Shown in pieces: positions 33,396-45,259 of a stretch of DNA of 52,113 nucleotides. The DNA comes from Planctomycetota bacterium. GTDB taxonomy: Bacteria > Planctomycetota > Planctomycetia > Pirellulales > UBA1268. The position numbers and the translations under genes are program-made. Positions within the stretch are counted from its first letter, which is position 1. Each line of letters opens with the position of its first letter. The stretch is from NCBI GenBank assembly GCA_046046235.1, contig JBJOKF010000054.1:1-52113 (forward strand), given 5' to 3'. The notes under the pieces are model-generated. The model saw only the letters and a program-made list of their open reading frames with translations. It had not been told where the DNA came from and did not search any database.

Positions 33396-35213
33396 ATGGC
33401 ACGCATCCACAAGCTGCCCGTGTCGGTGGTCAACCGCATCGCGGCGGGTGAGGTCGTCGAACGTCCGGCGAGCGTCGTGAAGGAACTGCTCGAGAACGCG
33501 CTCGACGCCGGTCCCACGCGGGTCGACGTGGCCCTCGAGCAGGGCGGCATCGCGCTGGTGCGCGTGGTCGACGACGGCGGTGGGATCGACGGCGAGGATC
33601 TGCCGCTGGCCGTGACGGCCCATGCGACGAGCAAGCTGCGGGTCGCGGAGGATCTGGAGCGGATCGAGACGCTCGGATTTCGGGGCGAGGCGCTCGCCAG
33701 CATCGGCGAGGTCGCCCGGCTCGTCATCCGGTCGCGGCCACCGGCCGCCGCCGGGGCGAGCCTGACGGTGGACGGCGGTCGGGTCGGAGAGGTGGTGCCC
33801 GACGGCGGCGCGGTGGGCACGACGGTCGAGGTGCATCAGCTCTTCGGCAACGTGCCGGCGCGGCGGGCGTTCCTCCGCTCGCCTCAGACGGAGTGGTCGC
33901 ATGCGTCGGAGGCGTTCGTCCGCACGGCGCTGGCCCATCCCGGCGTGGCCATGACGCTCGCGCATAACGGCCGAAGGGTGCACGATCTGCCCGCGACGAC
34001 GTCCTGGCGCGAGCGGATCGGCGGTCTTTTCGGACCGGCGTTGGCCGCCCAGCTGATCGAGGTCTCGGCTTCCGACGGCGAACTCTCCGTCAGCGGGCTG
34101 GTCGGCCGGCCGGAGAACGATATGGCGGGCACGCGGCTGCAGTATCTGTTCGTGGCGGGCCGGCCGTTCCGCGACCGCGGTCTCCTGCATGCGGTGCAGG
34201 AGGGCTACCGTGGGCTCTTGCTGACGGGCCGGCAGCCGATCGTGTTCCTCCAGTTCGAGATGCCGGCGGACATGGTCGACGTCAACGTCCACCCGGCGAA
34301 GATGGAAGTGCGGTTTCGCGAGCCGTCGCGGCTCTACAAGCTCGTGCTCGCGGCGTTGCGCACGGCGTTCCTCAGGCACGACCTGACCGCGCCGCTCGAG
34401 CCGCCCGTGAACCGCGGGGCGGCAGCCGAAGCCGCCCACCTCCGACCCGCCGATTTCTGGACCCGGCCCGCGGTGGGGCCGACACCCGGCGCCGGGGCCG
34501 CGGCGCATGCGGAGTCGGCTGCGTTCAGGCCCTGGGAACCGCTGTCGTCTCGGCGGCAGGGCTCTGCCGTGACGGAGCCCGCGGCACCCTTGTGGGAGCG
34601 GGACGACACGACCGGAACCTTCGCCGTCGAGCCGCCTCCGGTCCGGGAGCGGGCCGTGCAGATGCAGGACCGCTACATCGTCGTGGAGTGCGGTGACGGC
34701 ATCGAGGTGATCGATCAGCATGCGCTCCACGAACGGCTGCTCTACGAGAGGCTGAAGGCGTCGCTGGAGGCCGGCACGCTGGAGGTGCAGCCGCTGCTGA
34801 TTCCGGAGCGGATCGATCTGTCCCCCGCCGACCTCGAGTTGATCACGGACCATGCGGAACCGCTCGCCCGGGCCGGCCTGCGTATCGAGCCCTTCGGGGG
34901 CACGACCGTCGTGGCCACGAGCAAACCGGTCTTGGCGGGGGGCACGCCGGCCGAGGAGATCGTCCGTGAGGTGCTCGAGCGGCTGGCAGGGCTCGAGAAT
35001 CGGGGGAGCCCGGCCGTGCTCGTGGACGAGGTCCTGCACGGGCTCGCCTGCAAGGCGGCCATCAAGGCGGGGGACGCCCTTTCCCCGGCCGAGGTCGAGG
35101 CCTTGGTTCGCGACCGTCGGGCCGTCAGGGAGTCGCATCACTGTCCCCATGGCCGGCCGACGTCGTTGGTATTCTCTCGGGCGGAGTTGGATCGACAGTT
35201 CCGCCGCACGTGA
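33396..35213 (+). CDS. mutL: DNA mismatch repair protein MutL
   Basis: 605 aa with the GHKL N-terminus MARIHKLPVSVVNRIAAGEVVERPASVVKELLENALDAG and, in the C-terminal domain, AIKAGDALS...CPHGRPT. Confidence 0.93.
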   Translation: MARIHKLPVSVVNRIAAGEVVERPASVVKELLENALDAGPTRVDVALEQGGIALVRVVDDGGGIDGEDLPLAVTAHATSKLRVAEDLERIETLGFRGEALASIGEVARLVIRSRPPAAAGASLTVDGGRVGEVVPDGGAVGTTVEVHQLFGNVPARRAFLRSPQTEWSHASEAFVRTALAHPGVAMTLAHNGRRVHDLPATTSWRERIGGLFGPALAAQLIEVSASDGELSVSGLVGRPENDMAGTRLQYLFVAGRPFRDRGLLHAVQEGYRGLLLTGRQPIVFLQFEMPADMVDVNVHPAKMEVRFREPSRLYKLVLAALRTAFLRHDLTAPLEPPVNRGAAAEAAHLRPADFWTRPAVGPTPGAGAAAHAESAAFRPWEPLSSRRQGSAVTEPAAPLWERDDTTGTFAVEPPPVRERAVQMQDRYIVVECGDGIEVIDQHALHERLLYERLKASLEAGTLEVQPLLIPERIDLSPADLELITDHAEPLARAGLRIEPFGGTTVVATSKPVLAGGTPAEEIVREVLERLAGLENRGSPAVLVDEVLHGLACKAAIKAGDALSPAEVEALVRDRRAVRESHHCPHGRPTSLVFSRAELDRQFRRT

Positions 35214-35236
35214 TCCTCACAGGCGCTCAAGACTCG

Positions 35237-36802
35237 ATGATCTGTGTCAGTATCGGACGGGGCCGGCATCGGCACGTCATCGCCGAGCACCGTCACCTCG
35301 CCGAGCAGGGCATCCAATTGGTCGAGCTGCGGCTCGACTGCATCGAGGGCCCCGTGCAGGTGAAGCGGCTGCTCGTGGGCCGCCCCTGCCCGGTGATCGT
35401 CACCTGCCGGCGCACGGCCGACGGTGGCCGCTGGAGCCAGTCCGAGGAGGCCCGCCGTCTCGTGCTCCGCACGGCGATCGTCGAGGGTGCCGACTATGTC
35501 GATCTCGAAAGCGACATCGCGGCGTCCGTGCCCCGGTTTGGCGGCACCAAACGGATCGTGAGCCACCACGACTTCCACCAGACGCCCGCCGATCTCGAGT
35601 CGCTCCATGCCCGCCTGGCGGCCCTCGACGCCGATGTCGTCAAGATCGCCACGATGGCCAATCACCCGTCGGACAATCTGCGGATGCTGGACCTGGTGCG
35701 GCAGTCGCGGGTCCCGACGGTCGGCATCTGCATGGGCGACATCGGCATGCCGACGCGGATCCTGGCCGGCCGCTATGGCGCCCCGTTCACCTTCGCGACC
35801 TTTCACGACGATCGCGTGCTGGCGCCCGGTCAGATCGGCTGGCGGCGGATGCGTGATCAGTATCGCTACGACTCGATCACATCGGCCACTCGCGTCTACG
35901 GAGTGGTCGCCGACCCGGTCGGCCATAGTCTCAGTCCCGTCGTGCACAACGCGGCTCTGGCGCATGCGGGCATCGACGCCGTCTACCTGCCCTTCCGCGT
36001 GCCGGCGGAGCAGATCGACGACTTCCTCGACAAGGCGTCGAGCTGGCCGCTCCAGGGCTTGAGCGTCACGATTCCCCACAAAGAGACGGTACTGGGGCAC
36101 GTCACGCGGCCGGACAGCCTGGTGACTTCGATCGGGGCGACCAACACGCTCGCGTTCGAGGAGGGAGGATGGGCCGCCTACAACACCGACGCGACGGCCG
36201 CGGTCGAGAGCCTCAAGGCGGCGCTGGTCGATCCCGAACTGCAGATGGCGGAGGACTATGCGGCTGTATTGGAGTCGCAGCTCGACCTGAAGCCCGATGC
36301 CGCCGCACCGCGGTCGCGGGAGCGGCTGGCCCTCAAGACCGCGCTCGTGCTCGGGGCCGGCGGTGCGGCCCGGGCGGTCGCCTTTGGCCTGCGGCAGCAG
36401 GGCGTGGAGGTGACGGTCTGCTCACGGACGCTCGACCGCGCCCGCCGGATCGCCGCCGACGTGGGCTGCAAGTCCATCGATTGGACCGCCCGCTATCGCA
36501 TGCCCTACGACTGCGTCGTGAACGCCACGCCGGTCGGCATGCACCCCAATGTCAATGAGACGCCGTTCGAGAAGGAACATCTCCGGCCGTACATGGTGGT
36601 CTTCGACACCGTGTACAATCCGGAAAACACCCTGTTGGTCAAGGAGGCCCGGAGCCTTGGTTGCCGGATCGTGACGGGCGTCGACATGTTCGTCCGTCAG
36701 GCGGCGATCCAGTTCCGCATCTGGCACGGCGTTGAAGCGCCCGAGCAGGTCATGCGGGAGTCGCTCAAGCGGGCGACGTCGTCGGCCCGGTTGCCGGAGT
36801 GA
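35237..36802 (+). CDS. aroDE: Bifunctional type I 3-dehydroquinate dehydratase / shikimate 5-dehydrogenase
   Basis: The N-terminal half is MICVSIGRG...VELRLD...SHHDF...VKIAT (type I DHQase). The C-terminal half is VYGVVADPVGHSLSPVVHNAA...TIPHK...GAGGAARAV (AroE). A GTG at 35210, overlapping the mutL stop, is an alternative start. Confidence 0.9.
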   Translation: MICVSIGRGRHRHVIAEHRHLAEQGIQLVELRLDCIEGPVQVKRLLVGRPCPVIVTCRRTADGGRWSQSEEARRLVLRTAIVEGADYVDLESDIAASVPRFGGTKRIVSHHDFHQTPADLESLHARLAALDADVVKIATMANHPSDNLRMLDLVRQSRVPTVGICMGDIGMPTRILAGRYGAPFTFATFHDDRVLAPGQIGWRRMRDQYRYDSITSATRVYGVVADPVGHSLSPVVHNAALAHAGIDAVYLPFRVPAEQIDDFLDKASSWPLQGLSVTIPHKETVLGHVTRPDSLVTSIGATNTLAFEEGGWAAYNTDATAAVESLKAALVDPELQMAEDYAAVLESQLDLKPDAAAPRSRERLALKTALVLGAGGAARAVAFGLRQQGVEVTVCSRTLDRARRIAADVGCKSIDWTARYRMPYDCVVNATPVGMHPNVNETPFEKEHLRPYMVVFDTVYNPENTLLVKEARSLGCRIVTGVDMFVRQAAIQFRIWHGVEAPEQVMRESLKRATSSARLPE

Positions 36803-36852
36803 CGCGCGGTGCCGACCGGCGTTCTGGCCGGCCCTGCCCGAGGAGCGATTCG

Positions 36853-37440
36853 ATGCCACGCCTGACGTTGATCGGCTATCGCGGGACCGGCAAATCGACG
36901 ATCGCGGCGCGCGTGGCCGCACGGCTCGGCTGCGGCTGGGTCGACGCCGACACGGTGCTCGAGCAGCGGCTCGGCTGCACGATCGCGACGCTCGTGCGCG
37001 AGCGGGGCGAAGCCCTGTTTCGCGACGAGGAGGCGGGGGTTCTCGAGGACCTGCTGAGCCGCTGCGACGGCATCCTGGCGACGGGTGGGGGCGTGGTGCT
37101 CCGGCCCGGCAATCGGGCGGCGCTGTCGAGCCGCGGGCGGCCGATCGTCTGGCTCACCGCCCCGGCGGCGACGATCCGCGGCCGTCTGGCCGCCGATCCG
37201 AGCACAGCTGCGCGGCGCCCGGCCCTGGCGGCCCCCGGCGGCGGTCTGCAGTCCGGAGACCCGCTGGCCGAAGTGGACGCGGCCCTCGCCGCCCGCGAAC
37301 CGCTCTATCGGGAGTGTGCCGACGCGGCCTTCGATACGTCCCGCGAATCCCCCGAGGCGATCGCCACGAAGATCGTCGCCTGGCTCGAGTCCACGGCTGC
37401 GCCCGGATCGCCCTCCGCCGCCGGAGCGAGGCCGTCATGA
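36853..37440 (+). CDS. aroK: Shikimate kinase
   Basis: The ATG at 36853 follows AGGAG. MPRLTLIGYRGTGKSTIAARVAARLGCGWVDADTVLE has a Walker A motif and a shikimate-binding DxD region. Confidence 0.9.
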   Translation: MPRLTLIGYRGTGKSTIAARVAARLGCGWVDADTVLEQRLGCTIATLVRERGEALFRDEEAGVLEDLLSRCDGILATGGGVVLRPGNRAALSSRGRPIVWLTAPAATIRGRLAADPSTAARRPALAAPGGGLQSGDPLAEVDAALAAREPLYRECADAAFDTSRESPEAIATKIVAWLESTAAPGSPSAAGARPS

Positions 37441-38615
37441 CCGGGGTGGAGCCGCTCGACGGCATCGGCGGGCCGGCGGCGGGCGGGCTCTGGCTGCTCT
37501 TGGCGGCGCTGGCCGGAGCGGCGGCCGGATGGCTGCTCGACGCCATGGTGGGCCGGCCGCTCGACGCCGGGGCGTTCGCATGGGAGGAGTCGCCTCCCAT
37601 GCCAGGCCGGCGGCCGGCTCGCGTTTGGATGGTCGTGGCGATGGCCATCGGTGCGGCCGCACTCTGGTGGTGGGAGTGCGTGGCACGGGGCCTCGATCCC
37701 GTCGTGGGGAACGGCGCCGGGACCGAGGCCATGGTCGGTGGCGGAGCTTCCACCCTGCCGGTGGCTCGGTTCGCGGCCCACATGGTGCTCGGTTGGCTCT
37801 TGGCCGCTGCGGCCTGGATCGACATCCGGCATCGCGTGATTCCCGACTGCGTCACCGTGCCCGGAGTGCTGGCGGGCCTGGTGGTCGTGTGGCTGGTGCC
37901 CCACGTGCTCCTGCCGGTCGGAATGGAGGTGCCGCGTTCCTTCGCCCCGCCCTTGGTGGTTCCCGACGTGCTGGCCTGGTTTGGCGGGCTCCGGACCGAT
38001 GCGCTGCCCGCCGCGATGGGGCCGGCTCCGCAGTGGACGGGATTGCTCATGCCGATGGCGATCTTTTCCGTCTGGTGGGCGGCCTGCACGGTTCCCTTCC
38101 TCGACCCGGCCGCCGGCCGCCGGTTCGAGCCCCGCACCATGTTGCTGCCGGCCGGGCTGGCGGCGATCGTCGCCGCGTGGCTCGTGGGCGGCGAGCGGTT
38201 CGCGGGACTCGGGTCGGCGCTCGTGGGGCTGGCGATCTCGGCGGGACTCGTCTGGAGCGTGCGGGAGGGGGCGTCGCGGGCGATGGGCCGCGAGGCGATG
38301 GGCCTCGGGGACGTGACGCTGATGGCGATGGTCGGCACCTGGATCGGCTGGCAGGCGAGCGTGCTGGCATTCTTTCTCGCGGCCTTCATCGGCCTCGCGC
38401 ACGGGCTCGTGCAGCTGGTGCGGCACCGGGAAAACGAGCTGCCCTACGGGCCGAGCCTGTGCCTGGCGAGCGGCCTGGTGATCGTCGCCTGGCGGCCGCT
38501 GTGGCAATGGGCCGGGGGGCCGTTCTCGCAGCCGCTCACGCTGGCACTGGTGCTCGCCACGGTGGTCGTGCTCACGGCACTCTCGCTGGCGGTGTTGCGC
38601 CGCCTCCGGGCTTGA
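37437..38615 (+). CDS. Prepilin peptidase (A24 family aspartic peptidase)
   Basis: 392 aa, polytopic. The two catalytic-Asp motifs are WIDIRHRVIPD and GLGDVTLMAMVG. The ATGA start/stop overlaps aroK. The ORF-track frame 36732.. is over-extended. Confidence 0.82.
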   Translation: MTGVEPLDGIGGPAAGGLWLLLAALAGAAAGWLLDAMVGRPLDAGAFAWEESPPMPGRRPARVWMVVAMAIGAAALWWWECVARGLDPVVGNGAGTEAMVGGGASTLPVARFAAHMVLGWLLAAAAWIDIRHRVIPDCVTVPGVLAGLVVVWLVPHVLLPVGMEVPRSFAPPLVVPDVLAWFGGLRTDALPAAMGPAPQWTGLLMPMAIFSVWWAACTVPFLDPAAGRRFEPRTMLLPAGLAAIVAAWLVGGERFAGLGSALVGLAISAGLVWSVREGASRAMGREAMGLGDVTLMAMVGTWIGWQASVLAFFLAAFIGLAHGLVQLVRHRENELPYGPSLCLASGLVIVAWRPLWQWAGGPFSQPLTLALVLATVVVLTALSLAVLRRLRA

Positions 38616-38625
38616 GTGCCTTCCT

Positions 38626-38641
38626 GGGGCACCCCGTTTGC
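38626..38641 (+). promoter_or_regulatory. Candidate sigma-54 (-24/-12) promoter upstream of the OmpA-like gene
   Basis: GGGCAC-CCCGT-TTGCC fits (T)GGCAC-N5-TTGC with the correct GG/GC spacing (GG at 38627-28, GC at 38639-40). It lies about 95 nt upstream of the ATG at 38738. Confidence 0.35.
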
Positions 38642-38737
38642 CAGGGTTTCCGTCAGCGGCGCCGGCCGTGATCGTCTTGCCCGCCCTGCTGAGCTCCCCT
38701 ACGATCCCCGCCTCTCGAGCGGCGACGGAGCCGGCCA

Positions 38738-39601
38738 ATGTCTTTGCACCCGAAGGTTCCCGCCTGGTTTGCAGCCTCGTGCTGCGTGCTTTCGTGCGCC
38801 GTGGTCGGCTGCTCGAACGGGATCTTCCGCAGACCCGCCCAGGCACAGCCCGTCAGCCTCGCGCCCCCGCCCGGTGTCGCCGAGCCGGCGGCCATGCTCC
38901 CGCCGGCTGCCGTGACGGCGCCGGCGGCTCTGCCTTCCTACGCGGACGTCGACACGCGGCAGGTGCAGACGATGCTGGCTGCCTCGCGCGACGAGAACCA
39001 GCTCCTCAAGGACGAGATCGCTGCACTGCGGGAGCAGCTGGCGAGCACGTCGGGGCAGCTGGCGATCGCCCGCGGACCGACTGCGGCCGCGATCCAATCG
39101 GGCCGTCCGGCGGCCACGTTCACCGCCGGACCGGCCATGATGCAGTCAACGATGGCGGACCTGGCGATCCCTGGCGTCGAGACGCGGTATGACGGGGCCG
39201 TCGTGCGGATCGAAGTGCCGGCCGAGCGGCTCTTCGAGCAAGGCGGCGCCACCCTGCTCCCGGGCGGAAACGCCCTGCTCACGCAGGTCGCCACCGAAAT
39301 CGAACGGGTGTTTCCTCGCCACTTCGTCGGCATCGAGGGGCATGTCGACACCGAGCCGTTGGCGCTCGCCTCGTGGGGATCGCCGCACCAGCTGACGGCG
39401 GCCCGGGCGGCCACGGTCTTCGACTTCTTCACGTCGCGGACGTCGCTCCGCCAGGGGCAGTTGTTTCTGGTGGCCCACGGGGCGAACCACCCGGTGGTAT
39501 CCAACGCCACGGCCGCCGGCCGGCAACGCAACCGGCGGGTGGAACTGGTCATCTACCCGGAGCGGATCGGAGCCGACGACACGGAATCGGCCACGCCGTG
39601 A
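38738..39601 (+). CDS. OmpA/MotB-family lipoprotein with coiled-coil segment
   Basis: 287 aa with a lipobox-like leader (LSCAVVGCSNG) and a C-terminal OmpA-like domain (GHVDTEP...LTAARAATVFDFF...NRRVELVIYP). Confidence 0.82.
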   Translation: MSLHPKVPAWFAASCCVLSCAVVGCSNGIFRRPAQAQPVSLAPPPGVAEPAAMLPPAAVTAPAALPSYADVDTRQVQTMLAASRDENQLLKDEIAALREQLASTSGQLAIARGPTAAAIQSGRPAATFTAGPAMMQSTMADLAIPGVETRYDGAVVRIEVPAERLFEQGGATLLPGGNALLTQVATEIERVFPRHFVGIEGHVDTEPLALASWGSPHQLTAARAATVFDFFTSRTSLRQGQLFLVAHGANHPVVSNATAAGRQRNRRVELVIYPERIGADDTESATP

Positions 39602-39664
39602 GGGCTGGTCCGCCCGCCCGCCCCGCCACTTTCGCGCCATCCGCCCGCCCCGTACACTCGTCGC

Positions 39665-40270
39665 ATGGTCACGATCATCGACTACGGCAGCGGCAACCTG
39701 CGCAGCGTGCAGAAGGCCGTGGAACGCCTCGGTTTCGCGGCCCGGATCACGGATGACCCGAATGTCGTCGCCGAATCCGAGCGGCTGGTGCTGCCGGGGG
39801 TGGGGGCGTTCGGCGACGCCATCGCCGCGCTCGAGCAGCGCGGGCTCGTCGGGCCGATCGTCGCGCACGTCCGAGCCGATCGCCCCTTTCTCGGCATCTG
39901 CATGGGGCTTCAGCTGCTCTTCGAGCGCGGCTCGGAGGGAGGGCCGCACGCGGGGCTGGGGCTGCTCTCCGGGGAGGTGACGCGGTTCGAACTGCCGGAG
40001 GGCATGAAGGTCCCGCACATGGGCTGGAACCGGGTCGACTGGTCCGGCACCGCCGCCGGGCGGTTCGGCCCTGATGGCGACCACTACTACTTCGTCCACT
40101 CCTACGTCGCCCGACCGGCCGATGCGTCGCTCGTCGCGGCCACGACCGACTACGGCGGGCCGTTCTGCGCCGCGGTGGCCCGCGGACGGCTGCTCGCCAC
40201 GCAGTTTCACCCCGAGAAGAGCCAGGCGGCCGGCCTGGCGTTGTTGCGGGGCTTCTTGGCCGCCTCGTGA
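39665..40270 (+). CDS. hisH: Imidazole glycerol phosphate synthase, glutamine amidotransferase subunit
   Basis: 201 aa with MVTIIDYGSGNLRSVQKA, LPGVGAFG, GICMGLQLL and HSY. Confidence 0.94.
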   Translation: MVTIIDYGSGNLRSVQKAVERLGFAARITDDPNVVAESERLVLPGVGAFGDAIAALEQRGLVGPIVAHVRADRPFLGICMGLQLLFERGSEGGPHAGLGLLSGEVTRFELPEGMKVPHMGWNRVDWSGTAAGRFGPDGDHYYFVHSYVARPADASLVAATTDYGGPFCAAVARGRLLATQFHPEKSQAAGLALLRGFLAAS

Positions 40271-40308
40271 GCGGCCGCGGCACGATTACCGACGGAGGAC
40301 AGACGACG

Positions 40309-41037
40309 ATGGAACTGTGGCCCGCGATCGATCTGCGCGGCGGCAAGTGCGTGCGGCTGCTGCAGGGTGACTACGCCCGCGAGACGGTCTTCGGCGAGGA
40401 TCCGGTGGCGATGGCCGGCCGGTTCGTCGCGGACGGCGCACGGCGGCTGCATGTCGTGGATCTCGACGGAGCGAAGGACGGCGTGCCGACGCAGGCGGCG
40501 GTCGTGGGCCGCATGGTGGCCGCGGCCGGCGTGCCCTGTCAGCTCGGCGGCGGCATCCGCTCGCTGGAGACGGCGCTGGCCTATGTGCGTGCGGGCGTGG
40601 AGCGGCTCGTCGTGGGGAGCGTGGCCGTGGAGCATCCGGCGCTCCTCGAGGAGCTGGCCCACGCGCTGCCCGGTCGGATCGTGCTGGGCATCGACGCGCG
40701 TGACGGCCTCGTCGCCGTGCGTGGCTGGCTGGCGACGAGCGGTCTCGGGGCCGTCGACCTCGCGCGGCGGCATGCGGCGCTGCCGCTGGCGGCGATCGTC
40801 TACACCGACATCGCGAAGGACGGCATGATGGCCGGCCCCAATCTTCCGGCCCTGGCGGAAATGGTGCGGGCGGTCGCGCTGCCGGTCGTCGCCTCCGGCG
40901 GCGTCTCGAACGCCGCCGATATCCGCCGGGTGGCCGAGGTGGGGGCCGCCGGCTGCATCGTGGGGCGGGCGCTCTACGACGGAGCCTTGTCGCTGGCCGA
41001 AGCGGCGTCCGCCGCCGGGGAAGCAGCCTTCGGCTGA
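40309..41037 (+). CDS. hisA: ProFAR isomerase (HisA)
   Basis: The ATG at 40309 follows [29 protein letters not shown]...LHVVDLDGA...GGGIRS...[14 protein letters not shown]...ASGGV. Confidence 0.92.
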   Translation: MELWPAIDLRGGKCVRLLQGDYARETVFGEDPVAMAGRFVADGARRLHVVDLDGAKDGVPTQAAVVGRMVAAAGVPCQLGGGIRSLETALAYVRAGVERLVVGSVAVEHPALLEELAHALPGRIVLGIDARDGLVAVRGWLATSGLGAVDLARRHAALPLAAIVYTDIAKDGMMAGPNLPALAEMVRAVALPVVASGGVSNAADIRRVAEVGAAGCIVGRALYDGALSLAEAASAAGEAAFG

Positions 41038-41197
41038 CGCCCTCCCCTGCCCAGACTGCCGAGTTTGTCGGGGCGGCCGGTCCGGAGGAAGCGCCGCGGA
41101 AAAATCGGCCAAGAACGCTCAATTCCTCCCTGCGGAGGCGTCGACCGTTGGAGTGGCGGTTTGCCGCTGTTTCCGGCCGCCCCTACCATCGACCTCC

Positions 41198-42199
41198 ATG
41201 TCCACCGACATTCGCATCAAGGAGCAGTTGCCCGAGCTGACGCGGCGGATCGTGGAGACCTACCACGACGTCCCCACGATCCACTACCTCGGCCACTGCC
41301 CGCTCCCCAACTACGATTCGATCGTATCCGCCTGCGAGGATCTCAAGGAGATCCTCTACCCGGGCTACAGGCGCCGGGAGAACCTGCACCTCGGCAACGT
41401 CACCTACCATGTCGGTGACCTGATCGACGGCCTGCACGACAAACTCACCACGCAGATCGGCCGCGCGCTGCGGCACAGCCGTGCCGCCCGCCGGGCCGCG
41501 GAGGAACAGGGGCTCGACGCCTCCGTGCTGCCGGACGCCGCCCGGCACTGCACCGACGAGGCCGATTTCGAGGCGCTCGGACAGGCGAAGGCGGTGGAGT
41601 TTTTGGAGCGGATTCCCGAACTTCGCCGGGTGCTGGCCACCGATGTCCAGGCCGCCTACGACGGCGACCCGGCCGTCCGCACGCTCGACGAGGTCATCTT
41701 CTGCTATCCGGGCCTCGAGGCGGTGACGATCCACCGGCTGGCCCACCTCCTGCACCGGCTCGAGGTGCCGCTCATTCCGCGGATGATGGCGGAGTGGTCG
41801 CACTCCCGCACCGGCATCGACATCCATCCAGGCGCGACGATCGGGGACCACTTCTTCATCGACCACGGCACGGGCGTCGTCATCGGCGAGACGTGCGAGA
41901 TCGGCAGACACGTCAAGCTGTACCAGGGCGTGACGCTCGGCGCCCTCTCGTTTCAGACCGACGCCGACGGCCATCTCGTCCGCGGCACGAAGCGGCATCC
42001 GACGATCGAGGACCGGGTCGTGATCTACGCCAACGCCACGGTGCTCGGCGGCGCCACCCGCATCGGCCACGATTCGGTGATCGGCAGCAACGTCTGGCTG
42101 ACGCGGTCGATCGATCCGCATACGACCGTCGTCCTCGAACGGCCCAAGCTCCGCATGCGGGGGGAAGCTCCGCCGCCCGAACTCGACTATCAGATCTGA
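41198..42199 (+). CDS. cysE: Serine O-acetyltransferase (long EpsC-type form)
   Basis: The ATG at 41198 begins [11 protein letters not shown]. The hexapeptide-repeat C-terminus reads [43 protein letters not shown]. Confidence 0.85.
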   Translation: MSTDIRIKEQLPELTRRIVETYHDVPTIHYLGHCPLPNYDSIVSACEDLKEILYPGYRRRENLHLGNVTYHVGDLIDGLHDKLTTQIGRALRHSRAARRAAEEQGLDASVLPDAARHCTDEADFEALGQAKAVEFLERIPELRRVLATDVQAAYDGDPAVRTLDEVIFCYPGLEAVTIHRLAHLLHRLEVPLIPRMMAEWSHSRTGIDIHPGATIGDHFFIDHGTGVVIGETCEIGRHVKLYQGVTLGALSFQTDADGHLVRGTKRHPTIEDRVVIYANATVLGGATRIGHDSVIGSNVWLTRSIDPHTTVVLERPKLRMRGEAPPPELDYQI

Positions 42200-42255
42200 T
42201 CCGCCGTGAGTCTGTCCGCGGAAACAGCCATCTCTGGCCCCTCCGCTCGATCGTT

Positions 42256-42699
42256 CTAGCGTCCGCGGCCGGCGATGCGGACGACCTCGCGGGCCGTGGC
42301 CAGGGCACGCATCTTGGCGTCGATCGCCTCGGCGCCGGTGGCGACCGTGGCCCCGATCCGCTCGAGATCGGCCCGCGCCTCCTCGAGGTTGAGCTTCTCG
42401 GCGGGGATCGCCCGTTGCGTGATCACGGTGACGGACCCCTGCACCACCTCGACGAATCCACCCTCCACGAACACCCGCCGGACGGAGTCCGACGCCGAGC
42501 CCTGTTCGCCGGTGATCCGCACCTCGCCCACGCCCAACCGGCCGATGAACGGCGCATGGCCGCGCGCCACGCCCCGCTGCCCGTCGAACAGAGGCAGTGT
42601 CACCGAACTGGCGACCGTGTCGAGGCTCGTCGTTTCGGGCGTCACGATGACGCAGCGGATGCCGTCGGCGGCACGGCCGGCAGATTTCGAGTCAGCCAT
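42256..42699 (-). CDS. atpC: F1 ATP synthase epsilon subunit
   Basis: 147 aa, the last gene of the atp operon. It has the typical beta-sandwich N-terminus (VIVTPE...LPLFDGQRGVARGHAPFIGRLGVGEVRI). Confidence 0.88.
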   Translation of the reverse strand: MADSKSAGRAADGIRCVIVTPETTSLDTVASSVTLPLFDGQRGVARGHAPFIGRLGVGEVRITGEQGSASDSVRRVFVEGGFVEVVQGSVTVITQRAIPAEKLNLEEARADLERIGATVATGAEAIDAKMRALATAREVVRIAGRGR

Positions 42700-42750
42700 C
42701 GGTCTCTCTCGTCACGGGTGGTTCGGAAGTGCTGGGGAGGCGGGAGCGAG

Positions 42751-44277
<1,527 letters not shown>

Positions 44278-44339
44278 TCAGCGGCCGCAGGTCCGCTGCA
44301 TCGATGTCGATGCGGCCCGCCAGCGGATGAAGCGCATTC

Positions 44340-45221
44340 CTATTTCTTCAGGGCTTCCACGCCTCCGAGGATCTCCATGATCTCGCCGGTGATCTGCGAT
44401 TGCCGGGCCCGGTTGTACTGCCGCGACAGGCTCTTGATCAGCCCGCCGGCGTTCTCGGTGGCCGCCTTCATGGCGACCATGCGGGCCACCTGCTCACTCA
44501 CGGCGGCGTCGAGAAAGCACTTGAAGAGCCGCGAGAGGAAGCTCGCCGGGAGGATTTCCTCAAGGATGCTGCCGGCGGACGGATAGAAGTCGTACTCGTC
44601 GGAGGCCAGCTTCGCCTGGACGGTCCCGGAGCCGGCCTGCGGCGGCGCGAGCGGCAGGAGCGTCTCGGTCACCGCCTCCTGCTTCGCGATCGAGTGGAAC
44701 CGCGTGTACACGACGTCGAGCCGGTCGATGGCGCCGGTCGAGTAGGCCTCGAGATAGGACTGGCCGATCGGAGCCACCGCCGCGAACTCGGGCTTGTCCT
44801 CGAACTGCGTATGCCGCTCGGCGACGTCCACGCCGCGGAACTTGAGCGCCGAGATCCCCCGCTTGCCGGACACGGTCACGTGGGTCGGCACCTGCTCGCT
44901 TCGCCACTGCCCGAGCAGCGCCACCGACTGCCGCACGATGTTGGAGTTGTAGCCGCCGCAGAGGCCGCGATTGCCCGTCAGAACGAGCACGGCCGTGTTC
45001 TTGGTGGGCCGGATCTCGAGCAGCGGGTGGGCCACGTCGGCCCCCACGCTCGCGATGTTCTCGAGGATCTTCCCGAGGTGCTTGGTGTAGTCGCGGGCCG
45101 CGATCGAGCGGTCCATCGCCTTCTTGAACCGCGCGGTGGCGATGAGTTCCATCGTCCGCGTGATCTTGCGGATGTTCTTCACCGACTTGCGGCGGCGATC
45201 GAGTGCCCGGGCTTTTGCCAT
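44340..45221 (-). CDS. atpG: F1 ATP synthase gamma subunit
   Basis: 293 aa with MAKARALDRRRKSVKNIRKITRTMELIATARFKKA and the C-terminal NRARQSQITGEIMEILGG. Confidence 0.94.
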   Translation of the reverse strand: MAKARALDRRRKSVKNIRKITRTMELIATARFKKAMDRSIAARDYTKHLGKILENIASVGADVAHPLLEIRPTKNTAVLVLTGNRGLCGGYNSNIVRQSVALLGQWRSEQVPTHVTVSGKRGISALKFRGVDVAERHTQFEDKPEFAAVAPIGQSYLEAYSTGAIDRLDVVYTRFHSIAKQEAVTETLLPLAPPQAGSGTVQAKLASDEYDFYPSAGSILEEILPASFLSRLFKCFLDAAVSEQVARMVAMKAATENAGGLIKSLSRQYNRARQSQITGEIMEILGGVEALKK

Positions 45222-45259
45222 GATGTGCGACCTCTAGCGTGCGGCTGCCGTCTCGATTG

